Shown here piece by piece: positions 39,542 through 51,720 of a stretch of 64,000 nucleotides of DNA (its first letter is position 1; each line of letters begins with the position of its first letter). The position numbers and the translations under genes are program-made. Source of the stretch: an uncultured Acidobacteriota bacterium (GTDB lineage Bacteria; Acidobacteriota; Terriglobia; Terriglobales; Acidobacteriaceae); NCBI GenBank assembly GCA_963819365.1, contig CAWFVY010000005.1:8809-72808 (forward strand), written 5' to 3'. A model generated the notes under the pieces. The model did not search any database, had not been told where the DNA came from, and was given only the letters and a program-made list of their open reading frames with translations.

Positions 39542-42500
39542 ATGCTGCGGCTAGTGGCAGTCATGAGGGCAAGATTGATGAAACTAGATCGTTGGCAGCA
39601 ATATCTCATTTTGTCCTGCCTGTTGCTTCTGGCCGCGCTGGGGCGCAGCCAGGCTCCCGGCACAGGAGCAATCCGTGGGACAGTCTACGATCCTACGGGA
39701 CGCGCGGTGCCGAACGCCGCCGTGACCGTGGAGCAGCAGGCCACGCACGCGGTTCGAACCGCAGTGAGCGATCCGTCGGGGACATTCGAGTTCCCCCTGT
39801 TGATGCCTGGAAGTTATGTGGCAAGCGTCAGCGCGGATGGATTCGCGCGGAGCCGGTCGCAGGCCATCGCCGTCGTAGTCAGCGAAACCAGCTCACTTGA
39901 GTTCCGTCTTGCGCTCGCCACGGCCAAGACCACGGTTGAAGTGGCGGCGACCGAGGAGATCGCCTCGACAGAGAGCTCGACTCTGGGCCGAGCCGTGGAC
40001 GAGCAGGCAATCAACGCACTGCCGCTGTCAAACAGGAATTTCACGCAGATTCTTTCGCTTTCGCCCGGCGTAGTGGTTGGCCTGCCTGATGCGACTGTGC
40101 TGGGCCGCGGCACCCAGGATGTAACGGCGAACGGCGGCAAGACTACGGCGAACAACATCCAGTTCAACGGTGTTGACGCCAATAACCTGGCGCAAAACTC
40201 GGCGGCGTCGGATGGCCCAGAGGTAGGCGTGGCAGTGCCGGCGCCGGACACCATCCAGGAGTTCAAGGTTCAGACCGGCAATTACGACGCGACGTATGGG
40301 CGCGGCACGGGCGCCAACGTTGACGTGGTGAGCAAGACAGGCAGCAATCGATTCCACGGGACTGCATGGGAATTTCTACGCAATGATGTGCTGAATGCGA
40401 ATGATTTCTTTTCAAAGATGACGGGGCAGCCGCGCCCGGTGCTGAAGCAGAACCAGTTTGGCGGCGCACTCGGCGGGCCGCTGCTGCGCGACAAGACTTT
40501 CTTTTTTGTGGCGTACCAGGGGCTTCGGTCGAGCAACGGCCTGGGGACCGAGGTGACGGCATTCCTTCCGCAGTTGACATCCGATCGCAGCGCGGCCACG
40601 CTGGGGGCGCAGTTCTGCGCGTATCCCACCTTCGCCGGCGGGACGCAACTGAAATGCGACGGATCGAATATCAGCCCGGTGGCGCTGAAGCTGTTGAATT
40701 TCAAGCTTCCCAACGGGCAATTTGCGATTCCGAGCCCGCAGCTCCTTCTGCCGGCCCAACCGGGACAGATGCCGATCGGCGAATCCACATACGCGACTCC
40801 CGCCAGTTACAACGAAGATCAATACTCAGGCAACTTCGACCATCAGTTCTCTGCCAAAAACTCTGCATCGGCACGCGTGTTTTATTCGCGGGCTCCCACC
40901 GTGGAACCATTCTCGCCGTTCGCCGCCAACGTTCCCGGATGGGGCACGAACGAAGTCGACAAGAACGTGATGGTGGTTGCATCGGACACGCATGTAGTAA
41001 GCGAGCACCTGATAAACGTAGCCCGGCTTGGCTACATGCGGTTCGACGGCGTATCGGCGGTCGCGAGTCCCATCCTGGCAAGCGATCTGGGAACGCAGTC
41101 GCCCACCGGATTGTCGGGGCCCGGAGTTCCCGCTCCGGGAATTACGGTGGATGGCCTCTTCACCATCGGCGATGCGGGCACGCCTTCGCAAACGCAGCGG
41201 ACCAACAGCTATATCGCGCAGGATATGGTGTCACTGACGCATGGCAGGCATTTCATCCGCATGGGTGCCGAGGTGAAGCAGCACCAGGTCATGGTGAATT
41301 CCCCGTTCAATTCGTCAGGCCTGCTCGACATCAGAACATTCAGCGATTTCCTGCTGGGGATGAACGCGCACGACAACGGCAGTCTCAACGGGGTGAGCAA
41401 TGTGACTTCGAGCGGCGGAAGCTCGGGACTGTTCCGCAAGGACGAGCGCTATACGGACTTTGCGGTATTCGCGCAGGACGACGTGAAGCTGACGCCGCGG
41501 CTCACGGTGAACGCGGGGTTGCGCTACGAGATCTTCGGACCTCCTTCGGAGATTCATGGCCGACTGGTTTCGTTCGATCCGACCATCGCGACACTCAGCG
41601 CGCCGCCGGCACCGGAGGGCACGCTCAGCGGGTTCGTGGTTGCATCGAACTTCGAGGGCACTCCGCCACAAGGCGTGAAGCAAACCGGAATGCGCGGGTT
41701 ATGGCCGACGCGATATGCAGACCTCTCGCCGAGGCTGGGGTTTGCGTTTCAGGTGTCGAGCCATCCTGATTTTGTGGTGCGCGGAGGATACGGAATCTAC
41801 TTCGACCGGCTGTCGGGCGGGCTATCAGAGAATCTCGTGGGTCAACCGCCATTCTCGATCAGCCAAAACTTTTCGGGATCGCAGAATGGCGGGGCAAGCC
41901 TGGAGGCGCCCTTCAATCCGCTGCTGCCGAGCCATTCAAGCTTTCCGGTCTGGGTACCGCGCATCGCAGGCGGCGGGCCACCGTGGAGGGGCTGTCGACG
42001 AAGATGGTCGATCCCTACACGCAGGAATACAACCTGAATATGCAGATCGGGATTGGATGGAACACTCTCGCTGAAATCGGTTACGTGGGCACGCGCTCGC
42101 TTCACGTGGCGGGCTGCAACGAGTTCAACCAGTCACTGCTGGCGAGCCCTGATGCGCCAGTGTATGGCGAGACGACAAACACCGCTTTGAATACAGTGCA
42201 GCGCGCACCGTATCAAGGCGTCGCCCTGGGGTCACTCGAGTGCGCGTCGAAGTATGACTCGAATTACAACGGGTTGCAAGCCAGCGTGACCAAGCGCCTG
42301 AGCAAAGGACTGCAATTCCTGGGAAGCTACACGTGGTCGAGGACGCTGGATCAGACGAGCGGGTCGTCGGGCGGCCAGGTCTTCGAACTGTGGCTATTGA
42401 CGAATGATCAACGCAATCCGCGGCAGAGCTACGGACCGACGGATTTCGATCGCACCCATCGCGGCGTCTTCAGCTTCACGTATGACATTCCTGGCGTAAA

Positions 42501-43020
42501 GAACGCGTCTGCCTTCGTCAGCGCGTTGACTTCGCACTGGCAGGGATCCGGAATCCTTGTGGCTCAATCGGGCACGCCGAATACTATTCTCGACTTCGGC
42601 GCGGGCGCGGTTTACGGAAACTATCCCTTTGAGAATCGGGCGCAGTTGAGCGGAAAGCGCATTACTACTTCCGGGTCGATGTACTCGCGCGTGCAGGGCA
42701 ATTATCTCAATGCGGATGCGTTTACAGATGCGCCCGAGGCCCCGCACGGCACCGGACCGTTCGATACAGACTTCGGCAACAGCGGAGTGGGCGTTGTGCG
42801 CGGGCCGGGGCAGCGGGATATGGACCTGGCGATTGAGCGTGCCATTCGGATTTCAGAGCGGCACAGCTTCCACCTGCGGGGCGAATTCTTTAACGCGACG
42901 AACACTCCCAACTTCGGGAATCCGGTCAATATTGTCAACGCTGGACCGGCGTTCGGAAAGATCTTCTCAAAGTCGAATAACCCGCGCATTATTCAGGTAG
43001 CGCTGAAATATCAATTCTAG
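39542..43020 (+). CDS. TonB-dependent receptor with carboxypeptidase-regulatory-like N-domain (frameshift ~41990)
   Basis: GAIRGTVYDPTG..VPNA, LPLSNRNFTQ, EFKVQT..YDA..GR..GA, terminal PRIIQVALKYQF. Confidence 0.9.
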
Positions 43021-43037
43021 GTATCGAAAGGGTCTTC

Positions 43038-44090
43038 ATGCAGAGTTCGCCGCAGACAGAGACGGCACAGGCAATGGACTTGTTGACCACGGAACAGCTG
43101 AAGGCCGCATGGCTGAGGGGAGAGCGAGTCGAGTTCGGGGATCCGACAATGGCGCACGCGAAGATGCCCTTTCGCGAGACGTACTTCCCTCTCGGCTTCC
43201 CGTTGATTGTTTCAACGAATTCCATCGAGGTGCTGAACGCCGCGGCAGAGAGTTGGGGTACGTTTGCGAAGCTCTTTGATACCGAGCCGCTCCAAATCAA
43301 TGTGAGCGTAAGTTCAACCGACTCGCAGGTGTGTCCGCCCACCCCGACGTGCCGCGTGCGCGGCCATCTCTCGATCAACATTGCCGACGCCGAGAATTTT
43401 TCGGTCAACGATCACTCGCGTGGCTATTCGCTGATCTGGGTAACCACGGCAGCATTGCGGCACCGCGACTATTTTCGCTACCTCTTTCTTGAGTCGAGCG
43501 CCTTGGGCGGCATTGCAAGCCTCTTTACAACTGGGATTCACGCAGCATGCGTCTCTCTCGGGGGAACGGGCATTCTGCTGTGCGGGGACTCGGGCACAGG
43601 CAAGACGACCCTCTCGTACGCTTGCGCCCGAGCCGGCTGGACTTACATCACGGATGATGGCAGCTTCCTTGTGCATGGGCGCGACGATCGCCTGGTAGTG
43701 GGCAATTGCGGCCAGGTACGGTTCCGCCCTACGGCCCAGGCGTTGTTTCCCGAGCTGCGGGGGCGCGGAGTGATGGAACGCGCGGGGGTGGGCAAGCCGT
43801 CGATGGAGATGCCGACGGCAGAGAGTGCTGACGCTAAAACATCGATCACGGCACAGGTCAGGCACATCGTCTTTCTGAAGCGCGATGTGGATCGAGAGGA
43901 GCTTGCCGTATTTCCCACAGCGGTGGCGCGGCTTTACATGATGCAACGCGTCCACTGCATGGCTTATCAAGCCCCGGCGCAGGCTGAGGCAATCGATCAC
44001 TTGCTCCGCGTGGGCGCCTATGAGCTGCGCTACAACGATCTGGACTGGGCGGTGAAGCGGCTGGAATTGCTGGCGCGTGAGGGACGCTGA
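43038..44090 (+). CDS. HPr kinase-related P-loop kinase
   Basis: IHAACVS...GILLCGDSGTGKTTLSYA...WTYITDD. Confidence 0.8.
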   Translation: MQSSPQTETAQAMDLLTTEQLKAAWLRGERVEFGDPTMAHAKMPFRETYFPLGFPLIVSTNSIEVLNAAAESWGTFAKLFDTEPLQINVSVSSTDSQVCPPTPTCRVRGHLSINIADAENFSVNDHSRGYSLIWVTTAALRHRDYFRYLFLESSALGGIASLFTTGIHAACVSLGGTGILLCGDSGTGKTTLSYACARAGWTYITDDGSFLVHGRDDRLVVGNCGQVRFRPTAQALFPELRGRGVMERAGVGKPSMEMPTAESADAKTSITAQVRHIVFLKRDVDREELAVFPTAVARLYMMQRVHCMAYQAPAQAEAIDHLLRVGAYELRYNDLDWAVKRLELLAREGR

Positions 44091-45362
44091 TGGCCGCACT
44101 GGTGATCGTGCGATCGCGTCGTGAGATCTGCCTGACGCGCTGGACGCGCATGAGGCGCCGATTCAGCTCACAATTCTGGACCTTCTTTGCGGCAGCGTTC
44201 TTCTTTGATCTCGGATTCGGCCTGTTCTTCTTTCTGTTCAACCTCTACCTTACCGACCTGCATTTCAACGAGCACGCCGTGGGAAACATCGTGGCCTCGC
44301 TGACCCTGGGCAATGTCGTTGCCACGTTTCCGGTAACGTTTCTGGCACGGCGCTTCGGCTTGCGTCCATTGCTGTTGTTCTCGTTCATAACCGCGCCCCT
44401 GATCTGCATGGCACGCGTGCTGATTCTGTGGGAGCCGGCGCAGATCGCACTCGCATTCGCCACCGGAATGGCGCTGTGCTGCTGGCCCATCTGCTTTTCT
44501 CCCACCATCGCATCGCTGACGGATGAACGCAACAGAACGTCGGGATTCAGCATCATGTTCGCCACCGGCATCGGCATGGGAACATTCGCCGGCCTGCTGG
44601 GCGGATACATTCCCGAGCTGTTGCACAAGGGTGGCATGCATGAATCGATCGTCGGCGGCATCCGCATCGTTCTGTTGCTCGCGTGCGGTTTGATCATGAT
44701 GGGAGCGTGGCCGCTCTGGAAGCTCAAACCGCGTGACCGCCTGCCCGCATCAGGCCAGCGCATGCGCTTTCATCCATTCCTGCTGCGCTTTCTCCCGCCG
44801 TTTGTCTTGTGGAATGTCGTAACAGGTTCCTTCCCCGCGTTCGGCGCAATCTATTTGCAACAAGTGCTGAAGATTCCCCTGGGGCAGGTCGGAATGGTCT
44901 TCTCCGCCTCGCAGCTCGCACAATTTTCTGCGGTGCTCGCTGCTCCGCTGCTGTTCCGCCGACGAGGACTTGATCAAGGGCATCGCGCTCGCCCAGGTGG
45001 GCACGGCAATCTTTCTCGTGCTGATCGGCGCAACAAAAATGATCCCGGCTGCTGTAGGTTTTTATCTCGCTTACAACGCCATGCAGTACATGTGCACCCC
45101 GGGCATCTACAACCTCCTCATGAACCGGATTCCGGAGTCCGAACGGAGCACGGCCTCCGCAGTGCAGAACCTGAGCGGCGCAATCTGCCAGGCAGGCACG
45201 CAGGCGCTGACGGGCCTCTGTATCGTCCAGTTTGGCTACAGGCCGGTGCTCATGACCAATGCTCTCTTCGCCCTGGGCGCTGCCGTTCTGTTCTTCGGGA
45301 TTCGCGAACAGGCAAAGAATGCGGAAAGCGGCTCGATTCAAGCTGCGTCCGCGACCCGGTGA
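44090..45362 (+). CDS. MFS transporter (frameshift ~44960)
   Basis: About 12 TMs when 44090-45385 and 44970-45362 are joined; IASLTDERNRTSGFS motif. Confidence 0.82.
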
Positions 45363-45470
45363 CGCTCGAGCAGACAATGCTGTGACAATCCTCTGACTCA
45401 CTTCTGACACGCATCACGCTGCCACTGATTACGGTGACAATACAGGAGATTGTCACTGAAGTCTGTCGCG

Positions 45471-46787
45471 ATGAAGGGTCACCTGTCGAACGCGGTATAC
45501 GGCACGCTGGATTACCTGGCGTATCCGCTGGGCATGCTTGCGGCCGCTCCCATCGCTCTACGAGCCCTGGGCATGGACCGCTACGGCATCTGGATGGTGG
45601 CCACCGCCGCAATCAGCACCGGCGCTATCGTAGCTTCGGGATTCGGCGACGCAAACATCCGCGTGGTTGCCACCCAGGAAGCAACAGGCAATCGGGATGC
45701 GGTCGTGAAAGCCGTCCGCACAACCCTGGGCATTCACATCGCTCTCGGCCTCATCATGGCGCTTGCGGGCTGCATCATTGCCCCCTGGCTCACAGATCGC
45801 GTCGTGGCCGGGCATCCCGAGCTTCGCGCCGATTGTCTCTGGTCGCTGCGCCTCGCGAGTCTCCTGATGCTTTTGCGCGCGATTGAAACCGTGTGCGTAA
45901 GCACGCAGCGTGCGTTCGCGCGCTATGGCGCGGCAATGGCCGTCAGCCTCACGGCGCGCATCGCATCGCTGGCAGCCGCGTGTATCCTGCCGTTTCTCGC
46001 GCGCTCGGTAAGCATCCTCGTCCTTGCAACCGCGATTCTGACCACCGCAGCCGTATGGATACAGTTCCGGCAATTGCACAGCCTGCTCGGAGTCAGGCGG
46101 CTGCGTCCGCAGCTTGATCCTGCGACAACATTCGCTCTGCTCAGCTTTGGCGTCTTCACGTGGATCCAGGCACTCACAGGACTCCTGTTCGGGCAGGTCG
46201 ATCGCCTGATCGCCGGCGCCGCCTTCGGCGCCGCGGCAGTCACCTCTTATGCATTCTGCGCGCAACTGTCTCAACCCATCTATGGAGTCGCCGCCGCCGG
46301 CCTGCATTTCATGTTTCCCGACCTCGCTCGCAAGAAAGCTCTAGGTTCCGCGGCGATTCGCCGTAGCGTGACCTTGGCATTCGCCGCCAATCTGCTGTTT
46401 GTCGCGCTCAGCCTGCTGGGTCTCCTGTTGTTTGGCAATGCGATTCTCAAAGTCTGGGGCGGACGTGCGATCGCTCAAAGCAGCGTGCGTCTGCTGCCGC
46501 TCATCGCATCAAGCGCCGCGCTCTCGGCGCTGGGCGTAACAGGCACTTATTCAATGCTCGCGCTGGGACACGTGCGCATCGTGACCCTCCTGAACGTAAT
46601 GGGCGGATTGACCATGCTGGCGTCCACTTACTGGCTCCTGCCTCGCTTCGGCCTCGAAGGCATGGGCTACGCACGCCTCCTGTATGGCCCTTTCGCGCTC
46701 ATGGTCTATGTGCCTCTGGTTGCGATGCTGGTGCGAAGCTCGCGAACGTCAGTGCCAGCCAACGCAGCCGTGTACGAGGAAGCCTGA
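45471..46787 (+). CDS. Wzx/MOP-family polysaccharide flippase
   Basis: LGMDRYGIW, GQVDRLIAGAAFGAAAVTSYAF, many TMs. Confidence 0.82.
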   Translation: MKGHLSNAVYGTLDYLAYPLGMLAAAPIALRALGMDRYGIWMVATAAISTGAIVASGFGDANIRVVATQEATGNRDAVVKAVRTTLGIHIALGLIMALAGCIIAPWLTDRVVAGHPELRADCLWSLRLASLLMLLRAIETVCVSTQRAFARYGAAMAVSLTARIASLAAACILPFLARSVSILVLATAILTTAAVWIQFRQLHSLLGVRRLRPQLDPATTFALLSFGVFTWIQALTGLLFGQVDRLIAGAAFGAAAVTSYAFCAQLSQPIYGVAAAGLHFMFPDLARKKALGSAAIRRSVTLAFAANLLFVALSLLGLLLFGNAILKVWGGRAIAQSSVRLLPLIASSAALSALGVTGTYSMLALGHVRIVTLLNVMGGLTMLASTYWLLPRFGLEGMGYARLLYGPFALMVYVPLVAMLVRSSRTSVPANAAVYEEA

Positions 46788-47679
46788 ATGCGCGAGCAAA
46801 ACGAATTCGCCGTCGACACCATTGCAGCAGATCAAGACATCCATCCATCGCACAGCGGCGAGCGCACGCGCGCCAACATCCTCGGCGTGGGGATTGATGC
46901 CGTCGACATGCATGGCGCCCTCGCGACAATCAGGCGTCATCTGCTACGCAATCGCAAGGGTTATGTGTGCGCTGTAAGCGTTCACGGAATCCTCGAATCT
47001 CTGCGCTGCCACGAGCTCGCCGTCACCTATGCCGAATCCACAATCAATGTCCCCGATGGCACGCCGACCGTGTGGGTGGGCCGCTTCCAGGGCTTCCGGC
47101 AGATGGACCATGTGACCGGACCGGCGCTGATGCAGGAAGTCTTCCGCAATGCCGAATTCTCCTCGTGTTCGCATTTCTTTTATGGAGGAAAGCCCGGCGT
47201 TGCCCAGGAACTAGCCGCGCGCATGTCGCAGCAGTATCCGTGGACACGCATCGCGGGAACCTATACGCCACCGTTCCGCGACTTGAATGAGCAGGAAGAA
47301 CGGGACCTGGCAGCGCAGATCAACGCCCTCCAGCCTGACATCGTCTGGGTTGGAATCGGCACTCCACGGCAGGAATTGTGGATGCACCGCATGCTGCCGC
47401 AGCTGGATACCAGGCTCATGTTCGGTGTCGGCGCGGCGTTCGATTTTCACACCGGCGCGGATTCGCGAGAGTCCACCATGGATCAAGCGCGCCGGATTTC
47501 ATTGGCTCCATCGCTTGCTTCAGGACCCGAAACGTCTGTGGCGGCGCAACGTGTTCAACACCGCGTTCCTCTGGCACATTGCCATGCAGCTCACCGGCGC
47601 GCGACAGTACCCGATGCGTCGACCGTCCGCTAGTACGGAGCGCTTGACCCGCGATCATAAGGCCGGCCGTATTTATTGA
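46788..47679 (+). CDS. WecB/TagA/CpsF-family glycosyltransferase (frameshift ~47460)
   Basis: NVPDGTPTVW, VTGPALM, HFFYGGKPG, DIVWVGIGTPRQELW, GVGAAFDF; C-terminus LEW-like FHWLHRL..DPKRLWRR. Confidence 0.9.
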
Positions 47680-48361
47680 GGTGCTTCTCCGGCTGGAACG
47701 GTACGCTCCTCGCATCCACAACCACCGCATTTGCCCCATCGGAAGTCACCTGCACGCGCCGCGTCATTCGATCGAGTGCAGGCTGCATCAAACCTTCCAC
47801 CCAGATGTGGAGAAGGTACTCACCGGCCGGCGTGTTGCGTATGGTGACGCGGGCAGATGAATCGGCTACTCCGTAAAGCGGAGTGCTCATCGCGAGAATG
47901 ACTGCGCTCATCTCCGGATGAATATTGCAGAAGATGTACGACACGCCCTCACGCGAGAACGTGACTTCCTTCGATGTTCCCGCTTCGTACAACCCGAGAT
48001 CGAAGCGCTTCCCGTTGAAGAACGAAAAGACGTTATGAAAGAAGGGATCCGCGTTTGGAAACGAAACCACGCTGCCCACCGGGATGACGAGCAAATGCGG
48101 AGAGAACATCCGGTTCTTCTGCAGCAGCGTGAAGTGGCCGGGTGATGCGGGACGAATGCCCGATCTACCGTCTGCTGGTTCGAGCCAAACCACCGCCGAG
48201 GGCGCGTGCTCTTTCGTCGCGTGCGACTCCGGCAGTTGGATCTGCACTTGAAAGTCCACCTGGGTCGAAGCCCCCGGTCTCGCGCCGATAGCGCCCGGAA
48301 GCAGCCAAAGCACGCACCCCGCTGTCCATCGAAATCCGATGCGGCGTTTCGAGCGCATCAA
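47630..48361 (-). CDS. Secreted cupredoxin-like protein
   Basis: QKNRMFSP...FPNADPFFHNVFS...YIFCNIHPEM (H...C..H..M ligands). Confidence 0.75.
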   Translation of the reverse strand: MMRSKRRIGFRWTAGCVLWLLPGAIGARPGASTQVDFQVQIQLPESHATKEHAPSAVVWLEPADGRSGIRPASPGHFTLLQKNRMFSPHLLVIPVGSVVSFPNADPFFHNVFSFFNGKRFDLGLYEAGTSKEVTFSREGVSYIFCNIHPEMSAVILAMSTPLYGVADSSARVTIRNTPAGEYLLHIWVEGLMQPALDRMTRRVQVTSDGANAVVVDARSVPFQPEKHLNKYGRPYDRGSSAPY

Positions 48362-49884
48362 AATTTATACCCCGCGCCTAGTCCGATAACGTCGCTGAAC
48401 TCGGTCGGCGAGTTCACAAACGAAGAAGCGATGCGGCGGTATTCCAGCGTAAACAGCAGATAGGCGCTGGGACTGTAGATCAGGTTCCCGGTGATGGTGC
48501 GATTGCGCGCAAGATTGTAATAACTGTCGGCGCTTGTAATCGTGTATGGCCGGATCTGATGCGCGGGAACGTTGTCCATTCCGAAGGCCTCGTTGAATTC
48601 CAGCCGCTGACCCGCGTGCTGTTTCCACTGCACCCATCCACCCATATCGTCGGGAGCGCGATAGTACCACTCGCCATTGTAGAGGCGCGCAACATAGTCC
48701 TTGAATGCGCCTTCACCAAGCCCTCCCAGCGCCTGCCCGTAGTACGAGCTGCCCGAAAGCCGCGTATATCGGGTGACGGGAAAATTGAAGTCAGCCGTAC
48801 CGGCCCATGAATCAAATTGCGTCAACTGCGCCACGTGATGCGGAGCCACATAGCCGCCGATTCCGAACCGTGCGCCGTCCTCACCCCCAACATTCACCAG
48901 CGCGAGACGGCCCTGCACCCCCGGCCAGCGCGATTGCTCGGTTGTGCTGGGAGGTAGATACGTTCCCACCGCAGCGGTGCCATAAAGCGGTGGCGGATCA
49001 GCAACAAAGATCAGCGCACCCTGCGCTCTCAGAGTCACCACGCGGTTCGAGAAGAAATCATGCTGTCCGCCCACCTGCGGATTCCACGACCACAACGTTC
49101 CCGACCACGCCAGCGGCGGAATCGCAACCGCAGTCATCGACGTTGGCGAGCCAGGGCTCAGCAGCGGCCGGTCGAGCGCGAAGTAAGCACTCGAGTGCTG
49201 CCAGTCCAGTTGCGCGTGAGCCGTACGCATCCGCAGAATCCCAAGTGCCGTGCTCGCGCCATAGCCTGATCCGCCAGGGTTGGCAAAGAAGTCAAACCGG
49301 ATGTCGGCTCGGCTCGCCGCTCCAAACAGGTGCGGACCGTGCGCATCGATCCCGACAATCGTCTGTCGAATCGTTGCCGCGGTAGAGCCTGAGCCGTGCA
49401 CAGCAATGGTCGGCGCCTGCGCCATATCCACACCCTGCGTGTTGACCATGCTCGTCATCAGGATGAGTCCGCTGAGCTTGACGGGATACTTCGATTCGCT
49501 TTCCACCTTGGTCTGCTCGAGCGTGGCAAGCTGAGTTTCCTCAATCGCCTGCGTCTCCCGGATCCCGGCAACTGCGGCCGCAAGGTCTGCTGCCGCGGGC
49601 GGCTGCTCTGGTGAAGCGGATGGGGTGGTCGCCCCCGTCGCGCCCTGCAATACGGCGAGCTGACCCTTCAGCTCGGCAAGCTCGCGCTGCGACTCATCAA
49701 TCTGCGTCTGCACGCGATTTACTGCGTCATTGATCCTGCGTACCTGGTCCTGGACGTCTGCGGACTGCGCGCTCTGAGAATGCGCGCCGGTCGACAGAGA
49801 AAGAAGGACTACGGCAGGCGCAGTCGCCAGCCGCAGGCACGACACCCAACTCAGTAGTGCACGAGAGCGGTTGCGTTTCATCAC
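48358..49884 (-). CDS. Outer-membrane beta-barrel protein with N-terminal coiled coil
   Basis: Signal peptide, heptad region, alternating beta strands, terminal LGAGYKF. Confidence 0.7.
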   Translation of the reverse strand: MMKRNRSRALLSWVSCLRLATAPAVVLLSLSTGAHSQSAQSADVQDQVRRINDAVNRVQTQIDESQRELAELKGQLAVLQGATGATTPSASPEQPPAAADLAAAVAGIRETQAIEETQLATLEQTKVESESKYPVKLSGLILMTSMVNTQGVDMAQAPTIAVHGSGSTAATIRQTIVGIDAHGPHLFGAASRADIRFDFFANPGGSGYGASTALGILRMRTAHAQLDWQHSSAYFALDRPLLSPGSPTSMTAVAIPPLAWSGTLWSWNPQVGGQHDFFSNRVVTLRAQGALIFVADPPPLYGTAAVGTYLPPSTTEQSRWPGVQGRLALVNVGGEDGARFGIGGYVAPHHVAQLTQFDSWAGTADFNFPVTRYTRLSGSSYYGQALGGLGEGAFKDYVARLYNGEWYYRAPDDMGGWVQWKQHAGQRLEFNEAFGMDNVPAHQIRPYTITSADSYYNLARNRTITGNLIYSPSAYLLFTLEYRRIASSFVNSPTEFSDVIGLGAGYKF

Positions 49885-51716
49885 TCCCCCATTCGCGCGT
49901 GGCTTGCGAAGGCTGATGATGCGCGTGAACTGCCGCGGCCCACTGACATGCGAAACACCGTTTCGCCCGGCCGGCTCCTCACCAGCATCACTCCTCCGCC
50001 GTGGTCGGCGGCGATACTCTGGGTCAGCGTCAGACCCAGGCCAGAGCCTTTGTGTTTGCCCTCGCTGACGAACGGCTCAAACAAAGTATCGCGAACCCCT
50101 GTCGGAACGCCTTCCCCATTATCGGCTACGTCAATCACAACATCCTCCTCGCGCGCAGTCACCGCAATGGAAACGCTGGGCGCGGTTCCAGCTGCGCGTG
50201 GAGCCTGGCAGCCATTCAACAGAAGGTTGTAGATCGCGCGCTCAATCTGCTTCGCATCCGCCAGAACCTCCGTCTCCGCGGGATCTCCCGCCTCCACAGA
50301 AAACGTCACGCCGGCAGCATCGGGATGCGCCCGGGCCATCCCAACCGCCTTCTCGACGAACGAAGTGACCGAGCGCAGATTGCGCCGGCCTGGCGAGCCC
50401 GTGCGGCCAAACATCAGCAGCGATTCAAGCAACTCGGTGGTTCCGTTCACAGCGGTACGAATCTCCGCGAGAATCTCGGCGCGCTCCGATTCCGGCAGCT
50501 TGCCTGAGGCGAGAAACTCCGAGTTGGCATACACCGCCGCCAGGTAGTGACGCAGATCGTGCGACACCGAGCTGGCCATTCGCCCAATGGTCGCCAGCCG
50601 CTCCGACTCGAGAAGCGCCTGGTTCGCATCCACAATCTCACGGCGCATGCCGGCAAACGCGGCGCTCAGCTCGCGAACCTCTCTTGTCCCGCGGTAAGGC
50701 AGAAGGTGCGAACTATCGCCGCTGCCGAACGCGCGTACACCGGCGGCAAGCTGTTCCAGCGGACGCGTAACAAGGCGCGACAACAACGCCATCAGCACTG
50801 CGCCCAGCACCAGGGCAAGCGAACCGGCCATCAGCACCAGGCGATCAATCTCGCGGATCGCGCGCTCTTCCGGCTCTAGCGATTTCAACTCGACAAGGGT
50901 CAGCGGAGCCGCCGGATCGGGTGACAACTGGCGCGAAACCGCGAGGAACCTCTCGCTCCCCAGCATGATCGTGAAAGCTCCGGAAGCCTCAGCCGACGGA
51001 TGCGCCGGAATGCCGGACACTTCCTTCTCAAACTTGGGATCGAGCGAACTCGCGAGCAGATGACCGTTCCTGAGAAACACCTCATCGACATTGGTGGCGC
51101 GGCTGAGAGCCTCAACAGCCGCGTGATCAATCGCAAATCCGCTGACGACGTATCCAAGCAGAGTGCCCTCGGAACTGCTTCCAAAATAGAGCGGCTTCAC
51201 GGAGCATTCAAACAATCGGTTGCCGCTGACAAAGTAGGACCCCTGTTGTCCCGACAGGAACGACTGCAGATTCGCTCGAAATTCTGCGTCTGCCGATCCT
51301 CCGGCGACCAGCGCCGCCATGATCTTGCCATTGCGATCGGCCAGCGCAAACAACTCGTTGCCGCTGGTCTTCCAGAACTCCACCGCTCCATCTGCAATGG
51401 TCCGCTCGTCGCTGGTAGTCATCAGCGCTTTCAGGCTGGGCAGGTCGGCGAGAAGCGCGTTCTCGCGATCCAGAGCCGTCATGCGCTGCGAGCGAACGTT
51501 TTCAAACGTCGCGACGGAATGAAGAAGTTCTGATGAGACGTTGTCGACAATCAGGTTGCGAAGAGGACGCCGAATGGCCAACAGGCTCACCAGCGTGGTG
51601 CCCGTTGTGATCAGCGCCACCGCAAGAATCAGAAGAACGCGGGTTCGCACTCCCTGATCCATCTGTTCCGTACCCGGAATCACTCCAGGGTTCAATGGAG
51701 CACTTCGCTCTGTCAT
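49881..51716 (-). CDS. HAMP-domain sensor histidine kinase
   Basis: SVSHDLRH (H box), NLLLNG, DVADNGEG, GSGLGL. Confidence 0.92.
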   Translation of the reverse strand: MTERSAPLNPGVIPGTEQMDQGVRTRVLLILAVALITTGTTLVSLLAIRRPLRNLIVDNVSSELLHSVATFENVRSQRMTALDRENALLADLPSLKALMTTSDERTIADGAVEFWKTSGNELFALADRNGKIMAALVAGGSADAEFRANLQSFLSGQQGSYFVSGNRLFECSVKPLYFGSSSEGTLLGYVVSGFAIDHAAVEALSRATNVDEVFLRNGHLLASSLDPKFEKEVSGIPAHPSAEASGAFTIMLGSERFLAVSRQLSPDPAAPLTLVELKSLEPEERAIREIDRLVLMAGSLALVLGAVLMALLSRLVTRPLEQLAAGVRAFGSGDSSHLLPYRGTREVRELSAAFAGMRREIVDANQALLESERLATIGRMASSVSHDLRHYLAAVYANSEFLASGKLPESERAEILAEIRTAVNGTTELLESLLMFGRTGSPGRRNLRSVTSFVEKAVGMARAHPDAAGVTFSVEAGDPAETEVLADAKQIERAIYNLLLNGCQAPRAAGTAPSVSIAVTAREEDVVIDVADNGEGVPTGVRDTLFEPFVSEGKHKGSGLGLTLTQSIAADHGGGVMLVRSRPGETVFRMSVGRGSSRASSAFASHARMGE

Positions 51717-51720
51717 TTGC

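Noticed and set aside
39542-43020. Two separate genes at the TonB receptor locus
   Set aside because: The second ORF is the barrel C-terminus of the first; a single indel near 41990 joins them.
43038-47679. Lasso peptide biosynthetic cluster
   Set aside because: Only the kinase (and a distant nucleotidyltransferase) are present; no precursor, asparagine-synthetase-like cyclase or B1/B2 proteins were found.
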